DNA of 64,000 bases, from contig NC_057746.1 in NCBI RefSeq assembly GCF_004010195.1, forward strand, positions 536,901-600,900, given 5' to 3'. The number at the start of each line of letters is the position of its first letter. Position 1 is the first letter of the stretch. A program made the translations under genes and the position numbers. The notes under the pieces were generated by a model. That model was not told the DNA's origin, did no database searches, and was given only the letters and a program-made list of their open reading frames with translations. Shown one piece after another: positions 36,281-50,514 of the stretch. Source of the stretch: Chiloscyllium plagiosum. Lineage: Eukaryota.

Positions 36281-38407
36281 TGCTAGGGGCAGCTACCTTA
36301 GATTGGGTCAGTCGATTGTCTGAACCTTTTTGGCCAATGGCCATATGACAATACTCATAGTGTCAGCTGAGCCCCTTATTGTCCCATTGCCCACCTTCAG
36401 CTGACAGTTAGTTTACCTTCCTTATTAAGAACAAAACCTTTGTGTTTTCAAAAACAACACACTGATAACAGAGTGCCTTTGGCACCATAAATTGTCAGCA
36501 CTGCTTGAATGGGCATTATGACCTCTGTGTTTTACATAATTCTTCCCTTTGTTTTCAAACGCTCGAAATTTGGAAAGCTAATCACTGCTGTTAATGCCTG
36601 TTAAAATGAAATTTCATGCTACATCATAAATACAAGGAGAATTCTGTTTTTCAGTGACCACAATATCCAACTGGACCCAGGCCAATTTTGGAGAGTTTCA
36701 TTGAGTCATAGAGACATACAGCACGGAAATATACCCATGCCGATCAGATATCCTAACCTAATCTAATCCCATTTGCCAGGACTTGGCCCATATCCCTCTA
36801 ATCCCTTCCTATTCATATACCCATTCAAATGCCTTTTAAATGTTGTAATTGTACCAGCCTCCACCACTTCCTCTGGCAGTTCATTCCATACACGCACCAA
36901 TCTCTGTTTGAAAAAGTTGCCCCTTTGGTCCCTTTATAAATCTTTCCCCTCTCACCCTGAACCTATGCCCTCTACTTCTGGATTTCCCCAGCCTATGAGT
37001 GAGACTTGTTGCCTGTGTGGTGCTATCTAACCTCTCTTCAGCTGCAGAAAGGAACTCCACTGTCTGGATCTACCAGGAGTGGGTGGCACCTCTAAAATAC
37101 AGTTGTGCAGCAGGTGAAGTGCTGTCAACTTATGTTATGGACCAGACCCTCTCAAAATATTTTAAGAAGGTATCCTAGATCCTAAATGTTTACTTATTTT
37201 AAATGCAAACGTAATTTGCAGTGTTCCAGATGCAATGCGACCTGTCAAACTACTCAATATTAAGTGAAACGCAATTTCTTTAAACACTGCTGTTAAAATA
37301 CAAGCAAAGGAAACAGAATTCAGAATAACTTGACTCAATCGGAAAACTTAACTGAATAATAGATACAGTGATTAATACTAATTAACTGTTCCAATATAAT
37401 AACATCCCATAGACACATTCCTTGGCAAAAAAAACACATTCCGAAAAGTAGATTTGTCTCCCAGGTAACCCAGCAGGAGGGAGAATCCCTGGCTTTCAGC
37501 TGTAACAGAGAGAGAGGGAAAAGATAGCTTCCAATTCTTTGAGCCCATAACATCAACTGCTTAAAGCTAAACCCAAAAAACTTTTAACAAATCTAGAAAA
37601 ACCTCATATGCGTGAGAGTTGGCCCCACCCATTCAGGCTGCTTCAATTATTCCAACTTTAAAAAGAAAATCCCAGGGCCGCCCAAGCTGTTTACTTTAGC
37701 GGTTATGTAGACTACCTCTGCCTTACAACCATTCTTTGAAAAAACCAGAACACAATAATCTCTTAGAGCCACATTACAGTCTGGAGCTGTCTTGCCAGGT
37801 TTCTTCTTCTGAAAGATGGCAAACAGACTGATAGCCAATTACCGACAGACAGCTGGAGACCATAGTGGACAGGGTGATGCAGAGCAGGGCTGTCTCTCCT
37901 CCTCCTCCAGGACTGATTGGAGATATCATGTGACTCATGCTACCATCTTCTGTCTGCTATCTCGCATTCACTATTGGTACAGGCTGCACCTTCCCCTCAT
38001 ACTAATGCAGGAAGCTTCTTCTCGCACACACTCTCACACCAGCCTCCACTAAGCCAGCATGGTCTCTCTGTGCTGCCAGCTCATTCACTCAAGACACCCT
38101 GCTATCCCTTCCCAGCCTGCACCTGTTCCAGGGCCTTCGAGGGCCCAGAGTAGGGCAGACAGTGGCAAGATGGATGTCGGCGTGCCCACTGTACATCTCC
38201 TCAGCTCCTACCTGGTGAAGATCACACTATTTCTGTCGTGATGCCAACATCTTCATTTTCTGCCAATCAATTATGAATCATTGCCCATTTTGCTGTGCTG
38301 CTCTTCCATTACCCTCATTATAGTTATCCCAACTTCAACCCCTCTCTTGGACTGCATTTATCCCTTGTCTGTTGGAGGTACCAGTGGAATCTGCATGCAC
38401 TCTACTG

Positions 38408-39200
38408 TCATAGAGTTATAGAGAGTCATAGAGATGTACAGCATGGAAACAGACCATTCATTCCAAATTGTCCATGCCCACCAGATATCCTAACCTAATA
38501 TAATCCTATTTGCCAGCACCCGGCCCATATCCCTCCAAACCCTTCCTATTCATATACCCATCCAAATGCCTCTTAAATGTTGCAATTGTACCAGCTTCCA
38601 CCACATCCTCTGGCAGCTCATTCCATACACGTACCACCCTCTGTGTGAAAAGGTTGCCCCTTAGGTCTCTTTTATATCTTTCCCCTCTCACCCTAAACCT
38701 ATGCCCTCTAGTTCTGGACTCCTCCATCCCAGGGAAAAGACTTTGTCTATTTATATTATCTATGCCCCTCATGATTTCATTAACCTCTCTAAGGTCACCC
38801 CTCAGCCTCCAATGCGCCAGGGAAAATAACCCCAGTCTGTTCAACCTCTGCCTATAGCTCAAATCCTCCAAACCTGGCAACATCTTTGTAAATCTTTTCT
38901 GAACCCTTTCAAGTTTCACAACATCTTTCCGATAGGAAGGAGACCAGAATTGCACGCAATATTCCAACAGTGGCCTAACCAATGTCCTGTACAGCCGCAA
39001 CATGACCTCCCAACTCCTGTACTCAATACTCTGACCAATAAAGGAAAGCATACCAAACACTGCCTTCACTATCCTATCTACCTGCAACTCCACTTTCAAG
39101 GAACTATGAACCTGCACTTCAAGGTCTTCTTTGTTCAGCAATACTCCCTAGGACCTTACCATTAAGTGTTTAAGTCCTGCCCTGATTTGCTTTTCCAAAT
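38408..39200 (-). mobile_element. CR1/HER1-like LINE 3' fragment
   Basis: 211-aa ORF with LYRTLVRPLLEYCVQFWSP...LERVQKRFTKM...WNELP; tail of ctctatga-like repeats. Confidence 0.92.
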
Positions 39201-39409
39201 GCATGAGGCCAGAAGTCTTCTAGTCTACTTTGGAGGAGGAAGTCACAGCTACCTCAGAATCAAGACTGTCCTCCTGCACCCTCCACCAACTCAGACACTG
39301 AGACCTCAGTGGGTGTTCCAACTCGATTCCTGTTGGGAGAACATACTGAGTGAACATTGCACTGCCATTTCTCCACTGCTGCTCAAGGCAAAAATGCCTC
39401 AGGTCACTG

Positions 39410-40040
39410 ATCACAGAGTCACAGAATCATAGAGATGTACAGCACGGAAACAGACCCTTCAGTCCAACCTGTCCATGCCGACCAGATATCCCAACCCAAT
39501 CTAGTCCCACCTGCCAGCACCCAGCCCATATCCCTCCAAACCCTTCCTATTCATATACCCATCCAAATGCCTCTTAAATGTTGCAATTGTACCAGCTTCC
39601 ACCACATCCTCTGGCAGCTCATTCCATACACGTACCACCCTCTGCGTGGAAAAGTTGCCCCTTAGGTCTCTTTTATATCTTTCCCCTCTCACCCTAAACC
39701 TATGCCCTCTAGTTCTGGACTCCCCGACCCCAGGGAAAAGACTTTGTCTCCTTATTCTATCCATGCCCCTCATAATTTTGTAAACCTCTATAAGGTCACC
39801 CCTCAGCCTCCGACGCTCCAGGGAAAACAGCCCCAGCCTGTTCAGCCTCTCCCTGTCGCTCAGATCCTCCAACCCTGGCAACATCTTTTTTGAACCCTTT
39901 AAAGTTTCACAACATCTTTCCGATAGGAAGGAGACCAGAATTGCACGCAATATTCCATCATTGGCCGAACCAATGTCCAGTACAGCCACAACTTGACCTC
40001 CCAACTCCTGTACTCAATACTCTGACCAATAAAGGAAAGT
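39410..40040 (-). mobile_element. CR1/HER1-like LINE 3' fragment
   Basis: Same 3' end as 38408-39200 (LERRRLRGDLIEVYKIM...WNELP). Confidence 0.9.
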
Positions 40041-40529
40041 ACTGTCAGAAACCAGGCGACTGCTCAAACCCCCAGCAAGTGACGACCTCCCTGGTGTCGG
40101 CAATAACTGCTTCATAAAAATGCCCGAGCAGACACAGGAGCAGCAGGCAGGTTTGTTGGAAGGTAATCTTCCTCAAGGGCTGTGGGACTCTGCCAACATT
40201 GTTTGCATCATGCTGCCTCTTGGTATCTGAGTGTCTGGGGTAGTTTGGTCGCTGCAATGTCCTGGACAGCCAGATCCAGACCAATCAGTGTCTGCTGGAT
40301 GATTACACAAAGCTGCACCTCAGCCTTCTAACCATTGATGCTTAGGACCAACAGCACAGCAACAAGGGTGTCGAGGAATCTTAACCTTCACTCCATGTAG
40401 CTCTTCCTCATAAGGAGACAAGGCAGTGACAGTAGGCGAAATGAAACTCAGTGCAAGCTGGAAGAACAACATCCCGTTTCTCACATGGGTTTCCTGCAGC
40501 CTTCAGGACTCAATATCGAGTTCAAGGCT

Positions 40530-41860
40530 TAGAACATAGAACATTACAGCTCAGTATAGGTTCTTTGGCCCTCGATATTGCACCAGTCTGTGAAACCGAC
40601 ATGAAGCCCATCTAACCTGCACTATTCCATTTTCATCCATGTGTTTATCCAATGACCATTTAAATGCTCTTAAAGTTGCAAATCTACTACTGTTGCAAGC
40701 AGGGCGTTCCACGCTCTTAAAACTCTCTGAGTAAAGAAGCTACCTCTCACATCTGTTCTATATCTATCACCCCTCAGTTTAAAGCTATGACCCCTTGTGC
40801 TAGCCATCACCATCCAAGTAAAAAGGCTCTCTGTCCACCTGATCTAACCCTCGGATTATCTTATACGTCTCAATTAAGACACCTCTCAACCTTCTCTCTA
40901 ACAAAAACAGCCTCAAGTCCCTCAGCCTTTCCTCATGGGCCCTTCCCTCCAAACCAGACAAAATCCGAGTAAATCTCCTCTGAACCCTTTCCAAAGCTTC
41001 CACATCCTTCCTATAATGTGGTGACCAGAACTGTACACAATACTCCAACTGCGGCCGCACCAGAGTTTTGTACAGCTGCAGCATGACCTCATGGCTCCGG
41101 AACTCAGTCCCTCTCCCAACAAAAGCTAACACACTGCATGCTTTCTTAACAACCCTTCATCAGGAATGTGGCCTCATTCCTGAGGAAGGGCTTTTGCCCG
41201 AAACTGATTTTCCTACACCTGGGATGCTGCCTGACCTGCTGTGCTTTTCCAGCACCACTCTAACCTTGACTCTGATCTCAAGCATCTGCAGCACCAACTT
41301 TCGCCTTCTTAACAACCCTATCAACCTGGGTGGTAACTTTCAGGGATCTATGTACATGGACACCAAGATCTCTCTGCTCATCTACACTACCAAGAATATT
41401 ACCATTAGCCCAGTACTCTTTATTCTTGTTGCTCCTTCCAAAGTGAATCACCTCAAACATTTCTGCATTAAACTCCACTTGCCACCTTACAGCCAGATTC
41501 TGCAGCTTATCTATGTCCCTTTGTGACCTACAATATCATTTGGCACTGTCCACAACTGTACTGACCTGTGTCATCTGCAACTTTACCAAGCCATCCTTCT
41601 ACACCCTCATCCAGGTCATTTATAAAAATGACAAAGAGCAGTGGCCCAAAACAGATCCTTGTGGTACACCACGAGAAATTGAACTCCAGGATGAACATTT
41701 CCCATCAACCACCACCCTCTGTCTCCTTTCAGCAAGCCAATTACTGATCCAAACTGCTAAATCACTGTCAATCCCAAGTCTCGGTATTTTGTGCAATGGC
41801 CTGCCATGGGGAACCTTATCAAATGCCTTACTGAAATCCATATACACCATATCAACCACT
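40530..41860 (-). mobile_element. CR1 LINE fragment with nested Penelope-derived insert (about 41155-41300)
   Basis: VYMDFSKAFDKVPH, GVPQGSVLG and LYKTLVRPQLEYCVQFWSP. Confidence 0.9.
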
Positions 41861-42622
41861 TGAGCACCATCTTTCATTTCCGGACCCCAAACCCGACACA
41901 CCAGGCCTTGTCATCACATGAGCAGCGAACCCATTGTCAGCTACAAATGGTCCCTATTAACAGGAATGATTCGCCCAGGCTGAACTTCTTACAATCCTGT
42001 GTCTGCCCAGCTCCTGGTCTCTCTCTCTCCCTCTCTGGATTCCATCTCCACCTATCGTTTACACCATCCCCCCAACCACACCCACCCAATCAGCAGATGA
42101 ATACCATCCTTTACCTTGTCATCATCATTTCTGAAGTGAGGTCGCTGGAATTGAAGCGTTAACTTTGTTCTCTCTCCACTGTTGCCAAACCTGCTGAGTT
42201 TTTCTAGCAAGTTCTGAGTTTATTTCTGATCGTCAGCATGTTTCCTTTTCTTTTTGTTTCGTGACGATAGTTAGCCAGCCAGAGCAGAAACCCCACAGAG
42301 ATTTTCCAGTAAAACTCTTTGACTTTGTCATGTGGCACTGATGATGAGTACTTTTCCTAGGCTGGCCTCCTCTCCCTGCGCCCTCAAAGACCCTTTGGCT
42401 TGTTCACCTTCTGAGTGACACTTTGATGGAATACCCCATAGCCATTTACCGTGAACAAAGGATGTCATGTGTGTGTGCATTCAGCACCGGCACCAGGACT
42501 ATGGGTGGACACCAGACCTGCTCACCTCCTGTGCAATCTCCAGCCGGGCTACCTTGGTCTCCTGTTCCCAAGCATGGGGAAGAACACTTCGTATCCTGCT
42601 CCGAGGAGGACCTGCTAGGAGG

Positions 42623-44505
42623 CATTACAAACTGTCAGGTACCAGTCATTGTAAACCGTAGGGTATCAGTCATTCCAAAGTGTAGGGAACCAGTCATTGC
42701 AAACTGTCGGGTCCCAGTCATTGCAAACTGTCAGGTCCCATCATTGCAAACTGTCAGGTCCCAGTCATTGCAAACTGTCAGGTCCCAGACATTGCAAACT
42801 GTCAGGTCCCAGTCATTGCAAACTGTCAGGTCCCAGTCATTGCAAACTGTCGGGTAGCAGTCATTGCAAACTGTCGAGTACCAGTCATTGCAAACTGTCG
42901 GGTCCCAGTCATTGCAAACTGTCAGATACCAGTCATTGCAAACTGTCGGGTCCCAGTTATTGCAAACTGTCGGGTCCCAGTCATTACAAACTGTCGGGTC
43001 CTAGTTATTGCAAACTGTCGAGTACCAGCCATTGCAAACTGTCAGGTCCCAGTCATTGCAAACTGTCGGGTACCAGTCATTGCAAACTGTCGAGTACCAG
43101 TCATTGCAAACTGTCAGGTCCCAGTCATTGCAAACTGTCGGGTACCAGTCATTGCAAACTGTCGAGTACCAGTCATTGCAAACTGTCAGGTCCCAGTCAT
43201 TGCAAACTGTCGGGTACCAGTCATTGCAAACTGTCGAGTACCAGCCATTACAAACTGTCAGGTCCCAGTCATTGCAAACTGTCGGGTACCAGCCATTGCA
43301 AACTGTCAGGCATTACAAACTGTCAGGTCCCAGTCATTGCAAACTGTCGGGTCCCAGTTATTGCAAACTGTTGGGTACCAGTCATTGCAAACTGTCAGGT
43401 CCCAGCCATTGCAAACTGTCGGGTACCAGTCATTGCAAACTGTCGAGTACCAGTCATTACAAACTGTCAGGTCCCAATCATTGCAAACTGTCGGGTCCCA
43501 GTCATTGCAAACTGTCGAGTACCAGTCATTGCAAACTGTCAGGTCCCAGTCATTGCAAACTGTCGGGTACCAGTCATTGCAAACTGTCGAGTACCAGTCA
43601 TTACAAACTGTCAGGTCCCAATCATTGCAAACTGTCGGGTCCCAGTCATTGCAAACTGTCGAGTACCAGTCATTGCAAACTGTCAGGTCCCAGCCATTGC
43701 AAACTGTCGGGTCCCAGTTATTGCAAACTGTCGAGTACCAGCCATTGCAAACTGTCGAGTACCAGTTATTGCAAACTGTCAGGTCCCAGTCATTGCAAAC
43801 TGTCAGGTCCCAGCCATTGCAAACTGTCGAGTACCAGCCATTGCAAACTGTCGGATCCCAGTCATTTCAAACTGTCAGGTCCCAGTCATTTCAAACTGTC
43901 AGGTCCCAGTCATTTCAAACTGTCGAGTACCAGTCATTTCAAACTGTCGGGTCCCAGTTATTGCAAACTGTCGAGTACCAGTCATTTCAAACTGTCAGGT
44001 CCCAGTCATTGCAAACTGTCAGGTCCCAGTCATTGCAAACTGTCGGGTACTAGTCAATTCAAACTCTAGGGTACCGGTCATTGCAAACTATAAGTTACCC
44101 ATCATTGTAAACTGTAGGGTACCAGTCAGTGCAAATTGTAGAGTACTGGTCAATTCAAACTGTAGGGCACCGGTCATTGCAAACTGTAGAGTACCGGTCA
44201 TTGTAAACTGTTGGATACCGGTTATTGCAAACTGTAGTGACCAAGCATTGCAAACTGTAGGGCATCATTGCAAACTGTCGGGTCCCAGTCATTGCAAACT
44301 GTCGGGTACTGGTCAATTCAAACTGTAGGGCACCGGTTATTGCAAACTGTAGAGTACCGGTCATTGTAAACTGTTGGATACCGGTTATTGCAAACTGTAG
44401 TGACCAAGCATTGCAAACTGTAGGGCACCGGTCATTGCAAACTGTAAGGTCCTGGTCATAGTAAGCTGTTGAATACTAGTTATTGCAAACTGTTGGGTAC
44501 TGGCC
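42623..44505. repeat. 24-bp minisatellite, about 78 copies
   Basis: Unit GTCATTGCAAACTGTC(A/G)(G/A)GT(C/A)CCA with more diverged ends. Confidence 0.97.
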
Positions 44506-44790
44506 ATCACAATGTTGATTGCATTCTTTGAGGAAGTGACAGGAGGACCGATGAGGGTAGTGTAGTTGCTGATGTCTACATGGATTTTAGTAAAGCATTT
44601 GACAAGGTCCCACATCGTAGACAGGTCAAAAAATTAAAAGCCCACGAATTCAGGGTAATGTGTCGAACTAGATTCAAAGTTGGTTTAGTAACCGGAGAAA
44701 GTGAGGACTACAGATGATGGAGATCAGAGTCGAGAGTGTGGTGCTGGAAAAACACAGCAGGTCAGGCAGCATCCAAGGAGCAGGAGAATC

Positions 44791-44818
44791 GACGTTTCGG
44801 GCATAAGCCCTTCATCAG
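44791..44818 (-). ncRNA. Minimal type I hammerhead ribozyme core
   Basis: Minus strand reads CTGATGA-A-GGGC-TTAT-GCCC-GAAAC-GTC. Confidence 0.62.
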
Positions 44819-45599
44819 GGATGAGGCTTGTGGGCCGGGGGCTGAGAGACAAATGGGAGGGGAGGGGGTGGGGTTGGGGGAAGGGAGCTGAGAAAACGAT
44901 AGGTAGATGAAGATGAGGGAGAAGGTTCAAGGGTGGAGTGGATAAATGGGAAAGGTGATGGACAGGTCAGAAGGGCAGTGCCAAGTTGGAGGCTTGGGAC
45001 TGAAATAAGCTGGGAGGAGGGATAGTGAGGAAACAGTTGAAATCCACATTGATCCTGTGTGGTTGCAGGGTCCCAAGGCGGAATATGAGGCGTTCTTCCT
45101 CCAGGTGTCAGGTGGTAAGGGCTTGGTGGTGGAGGAGGCCCAGGACCTGCATGCCCTTAGTGACGTGGGAGGGGGAGTTGTTGTCCTGTTAGTAACAGGA
45201 AACAAAGGATAATACTCTTGGCTGACCTTGCAAATGGAAAGCTTTCTCACGGTATCGTGCAGTGTTGGGATCCATGCTGTTGGTTTTATACATTAATGAT
45301 TTGGACTTGACCATTGGGGGTGGGGAGGGGTTAGGGAGTGGGAGTTGGTGGAGAGGCAGGGTGTGGGGATGGTACCACAACTGGGAAGTTTGCAGCCACC
45401 ACGATAATTGGCCCTCGAGTGGATCGTGTACAGGCTAGCTGTAAATCCAAAATGGGGATGGTGGCATGGGCAGGCAAGTGGCAGGTGGAGTTCAACTCTG
45501 ATAGCATATGAGGTAATGCATTGAGGGAGATCAAACACTAAAACCAAATGTTTGTGCAACGGGAATATACTGCGAGAGGTTGATGAAGTAGGAGATCAA

Positions 45600-47085
45600 A
45601 GTTTGTGCGAAAATTTGTAGCTCGGGTGCTCATTGCTGTGGTTCTGTTCGCCGAGCTGGAAGTTTTTGTTGCAAAAGTTTCGTCCCCTGTCTAGGTGACA
45701 TCATCAGTGCTTGGGAGCCTCCTGCGAAGCGCTTCTTTGATGTTTCCTCCGGTGTTTATAGTGGTCTGTCCCTGCCGCTTCCGGTTGAAGACAGGAAGGC
45801 AGCTAACAATCCGCATACATGAACATCAACTAGCCACGAAACGACACGACCAGCTATCCTTAGTAACCACACACGCAGACAACAAGCAACATGAATTCGA
45901 CTGAGACAACACTACTATCATAGGGCAAGCCAAACAGAGAACAGCCAGGGAATTCCTAGAGGCATAGCATTCATCCACAAACTCCATCAACAAACACATC
46001 GACCTGGACCCAATATACCAACCACTACAGCGGACAGCTGAAACTGACAACCGGAAGCGGCAGGGACAAACCACTATAAACACCGGAGGAAACATCAAAG
46101 AAGCGCTTCGCAGCAGGCTCCCAAGCACTGATGATGTCNNNNNNNNNNNNNNNNNNNNNNNNNNNNNNNNNNNNNNNNNNNNNNNNNNNNNNNNNNNNNN
46201 NNNNNNNNNNNNNNNNNNNNNNNNNNNNNNNNNNNNNNNNNNNNNNNNNNNNNNNNNNNNNNNNNNNNNNNNNNNNNNNNNNNNNNNNNNNNNNNNNNNN
46301 NNNNNNNNNNNNNNNNNNNNNNNNNNNNNNNNNNNNNNNNNNNNNNNNNNNNNNNNNNNNNNNNNNNNNNNNNNNNNNNNNNNNNNNNNNNNNNNNNNNN
46401 NNNNNNNNNNNNNNNNNNNNNNNNNNNNNNNNNNNNNNNNNNNNNNNNNNNNNNNNNNNNNNNNNNNNNNNNNNNNNNNNNNNNNNNNNNNNNNNNNNNN
46501 NNNNNNNNNNNNNNNNNNNNNNNNNNNNNNNNNNNNNNNNNNNNNNNNNNNNNNNNNNNNNNNNNNNNNNNNNNNNNNNNNNNNNNNNNNNNNNNNNNNN
46601 NNNNNNNNNNNNNNNNNNNNNNNNNNNNNNNNNNNNNNNNNNNNNNNNNNNNNNNNNNNNNNNNNNNNNNNNNNNNNNNNNNNNNNNNNNNNNNNNNNNN
46701 NNNNNNNNNNNNNNNNNNNNNNNNNNNNNNNNNNNNNNNNNNNNNNNNNNNNNNNNNNNNNNNNNNNNNNNNNNNNNNNNNNNNNNNNNNNNNNNNNNNN
46801 NNNNNNNNNNNAATACCTTGTTCCTCTTCTTCTTTTTGCAGTCCTGGTGTGCTGCAGTGTGTTGTGGCCCTTTTGAATAGTGTCCTGATGCAGCTTCGTT
46901 TGTGTGTGTTGGGGTGGTTACTTTCATAGTTTATGACTTGGTCTGTGTGTGTGGCTTTCCTGTATACCCTTGTAGTGAATTCTCCGTACGGCGTTCTCTG
47001 TACCATCACGTCTGGGAATGGGAGTTGGCTATCCTTTTCTTCTTCTCTCGTGAATCGGATTCCTGTGAGTGTGGCGTTGGAGATC
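45600..47085. mobile_element. Second Penelope-like family: inverted terminal segment, endonuclease end and RT fragment across a gap
   Basis: KTGRQLTIRIHEHQ (+). An approximately 90-bp inverted repeat pairs 45697-45787 with 46048-46138. IRFTREEEKDSQLPFPDVMV...VYRKATHTDQ (-, 46811-47085). Confidence 0.85.
46139..46810. other. Assembly gap
   Basis: Run of N. Confidence 1.
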
Positions 47086-47430
47086 TTGGGGTGCAAGTAG
47101 CTAAGGTAATGAAGAAGGTATATGGAATGCACTTCTTCATTGGTAGAGGTGTAGAATAGACAAATAGGGAACTAATGATGAAACTGTATAAGACACTGGT
47201 GAGACAGTAACGGGAGTATTGTGTGCAGTTCTGGTTGGAAAGCGAGAGGAAAGATCATCAGAATAAGATCAAGACCAGAAATTGTGCAGTATTGGAGGTG
47301 CCATGCCCGAGTTTGGGAAATGATTGTGACATTTGTGATGAGCTATTACTCATGTGTGCAGCACAAGTGACGAATAAGTTCCTCTGCTGCACTCCCATGC
47401 ACTGGATCTGCTGCAGGGAGTTATCAGTCA

Positions 47431-47645
47431 AGGTTAGAGTGGTGCTGGAAAAGCACAGCAGGTCAGGCAGCATCCGAGGAGCAGGAAAATTGATGTTTCA
47501 GGCAGGAGCCTAATTCCTGATGAAGAACCCCTGCCCGAAACGTCGATTTTCCCACGCCTCAGATGCTGCCTGACCTGCTATGCTTTTCCAACACCACTTT
47601 AATCTTGACTCTAATCGCCAGCATCTGCAGTCCTCACTTTGGGCT
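47431..47645. mobile_element. Older Penelope-derived hairpin insertion with 19-bp flanking direct repeat
   Basis: Imperfect inverted arms. TGCAGGGAGTTAT(C/T)AGTCA at 47412-47430 and 47646-47664. Confidence 0.75.
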
Positions 47646-47699
47646 TGCAGGGAGTTATTAGTCAGTGAGAGAAGGTTTGGAGGTAATAATATTTGCAAT

Positions 47700-48960
47700 A
47701 ATGAGAATGCCATTATTTGAGAAGTTTGACTTGTTCGATCCTGCTGTTGGAATCTGGGTCCCATGTGTGGGAAGAGTACGTCATTTTTTCCAGACAAATA
47801 ATATGGGGTAGTCAAAAGCAAGGAGTAATTCTCCCGACATTGTGTAGATCCACAGGTTTTCACAGTTATTAGGATCCTATCTCGCCCAGAGGCACCAGAT
47901 AATAAAACTATTCAAGGGTCAATGGATTTAGTTAAGGAACATTACAACTTCAAGCTGCCTCTAATTCTGAGTCGTTATTGATTTTCTCACATGTAAGGAC
48001 AGCTCCCTACCATCCCTTGTCTGATAGTCTAATGGAAAGAGTGGCCCAAAGTTTGCAGGCAGGCTTAAAGAAACTTGATACCAAACTGTCTCAGTTCCTG
48101 TTTCATTATGGGACCATCCCTCATGCAACTGCAGGGCTAGCTCCAGCAGAGTTGTGAATAGGGACAAGACACCACACCAGGTTAAACCTGAGATTCCTAA
48201 ACCCGTGGGTGAGGGCGAAATGGCATCAGGAATGCCAATACTGAACACAAGACTCCTCCACCGGAGAGAGACAGATTATTTTGTGGGTTGACATTCGGTG
48301 TTGAAACCACGGGAGTGGCCTTGCATGGGTGAGAGTTGAGGTCGGCGCGAGGTCAGCTCCCATGATGTAGGTCCTGACCAATCCTGTGGATCAGATGAAA
48401 GCTCTAATTAACAAACAGGACAGGAGCAGAACAATACTGAGCCCCTCAGTACACACAGGAAAGCTGTCAGAACCCATGGATCCTCCCCCTCTGCCTAGCA
48501 TCAAAGAATACTCTAAGGATAGAGATGTACATGTGAATGTCACAGCCTCAATGCCATTACCAACTGAAGAAGGTGATGAATTTTGGCCAAGACACTCCAG
48601 GTGCAAGAGGCGGGCTTTGATCCACTTCACGCCATCAGTATCCGAGAGAGAGTCAGAGGAACTGGACCGGAGTGAAAATACCCTAAGAGAATAAAGATCG
48701 GGCCTATTTGCCAGAACGTAGAGGGGGAGGGATGCAGTGATTGGAATGAGGTCAGCCAGATGGACCTCAAAGAATATGAGCTCCCTGATTGGACCAGGTT
48801 TAACAGCCCCACTCAGGGAGTCCTGGCTGATAGATGTAAGCAGGAATGTCAGGGGTTCTGTTCACTTTAACAGCTCACTGGGTCAGTATCATGTACTGTG
48901 CACCTGTAAATAAAGGGTGACCTGGTGACAGGATACCAACCTTCATGAAGTCATTTCAAA
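47700..48960 (+). mobile_element. Gypsy-like LTR retrotransposon remnant
   Basis: Gag-like start MPLFEKFDLFDPAVG and an integrase-end-like segment. Purine tract AGAGGGGGAGGGA precedes a TG...CA segment (about 48733-48958) containing AATAAA. Confidence 0.5.
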
Positions 48961-50514
48961 GTCTGTGGAGGGGAACAGTCACACACCCTCCACCCACTCT
49001 CCTGATCTGACCCTTGGCTTTCAGAGCTGTGAGTAAAGATTGAAAAGGCCTCATGGCTCTGAGTAAAGCAGTTGTTATGATCCCAGCTTGTGTTAGTACT
49101 GAACAAGTCAGACCCCAGAATGATATCTGACCTGATAGATATTTTTGTTAATTCATTTTACACAGTAAGCTTCTATCTCATTGTTAAAAACCAAACCTGC
49201 AAACCTTGTGGATTTGTGCTTCAGTGTCTGACACCACGTTAAATAAACCAGAAACAGGAGCAGGCATTCTAAGGGCATCAGCGATGTGAGCCTTAGCATT
49301 TAACAGCAGAAACACATGAGGAGTCCAGTGAGACATCCCTCCTCACATTCAGAACATCTCACTGTCTCTCTTATAAGTTTGTCAAACAGCAAGGTGAGAT
49401 TCTCACTAGGCAGATGTTGTTTTTCTATATCTGTGTCTGAAATTCACAAATGGTTCTGATATGTACTGGCTTCTGAAATAGGCATGGCGAACAGAACACA
49501 GCAAATCTGAGTTTCATGGATTCAGGGCAAGATGTCGGAGGGTAAGGGGCCGTGAAGGTGGGGGATTTAGGAGTTGAGGGGCTATGAGACTGGTGGGTCA
49601 GGGGATGAGGTGCTGTTAGTGTGAGGGAGGTGAGGGACTGTGAAGGTGGGAGTTTAGAGTGGTGAGGGGCTATGAGGATGGGGTGTCAGGGGTCGGGGTG
49701 AGGGTTGGGGTCCGTCTGTAAATAAAAAAATGAGATGACGAACACATTCCGCCCTGGATTTTCTACACCAGCTGGTGCCAGACTTCAGACCAACAGAATG
49801 ATTGAGGTTGAGGTTCCCTCCAGTACCAACCCAGAGCTGCTGACCAGCTCCTGCCAGGACAGGCAGACCAGGGACTCTCCAACTGGGCTGTTTATTCTGG
49901 GTTCAGACTGGTCTGCATGGGTTTTACTGGACAGGTACACACCTACTAAATGCAGTCGGGGGGCAGGAAACTGGGACGATCTGAATTGAGCGGGAATACT
50001 TTATTCCAGTAATTTGTGGGGTTTTTTTTAAATAAGATGCTGATCGGCTTCCTGTCACCTTCAATAGGAAAGGTGGGGAACATTTGAAGGTGCAGAGATT
50101 GAATTGAGAAAGTTTATTTGCTGACAAAGGTCTGAAGTTTTCTCTCTCTCTCTCTCTCCCCCAGATCATCATTCTCACCCCCTCCCTGTCCAGAAGGTCA
50201 CATCCCCAACCTCCCTGTTTATATTTCACACCCAGATCCTCACCCTCCCTGTGGCTGACCGTCCTGGGAACTGGGGAGCAGACCTGGGTATCCCCTTCCT
50301 TGGGGATTTTTATGGAGATAACCAATCAGCTCCTCCCCCTCTCCTTTTGCAGCTTGGAATCCGGAAATGAGTAGATTTCAGCGTTCACAGTAAAATGGAG
50401 CCTCGATAAGCTTGTTGTGTTTTGTTTGATTTCTCTTCAGTTTATAAACACGAGTTGTTCCCCACCCCCCGAGCCTTCCATTCCCAGTCCCCGATGGACT
50501 GGTGCCCTCCCAGA

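Noticed and set aside
38408-40040. Tandem duplication of a host gene
   Set aside because: Both units are 3' ends of an abundant CR1 LINE with different 5' truncation points.
42697-44328. 543-aa, 353-aa and 238-aa repetitive ORFs, and a CRISPR-like appearance
   Set aside because: These are translations of a 24-bp tandem unit that is stop-free in several frames. There are no unique spacers, no cas genes, and the context is vertebrate.
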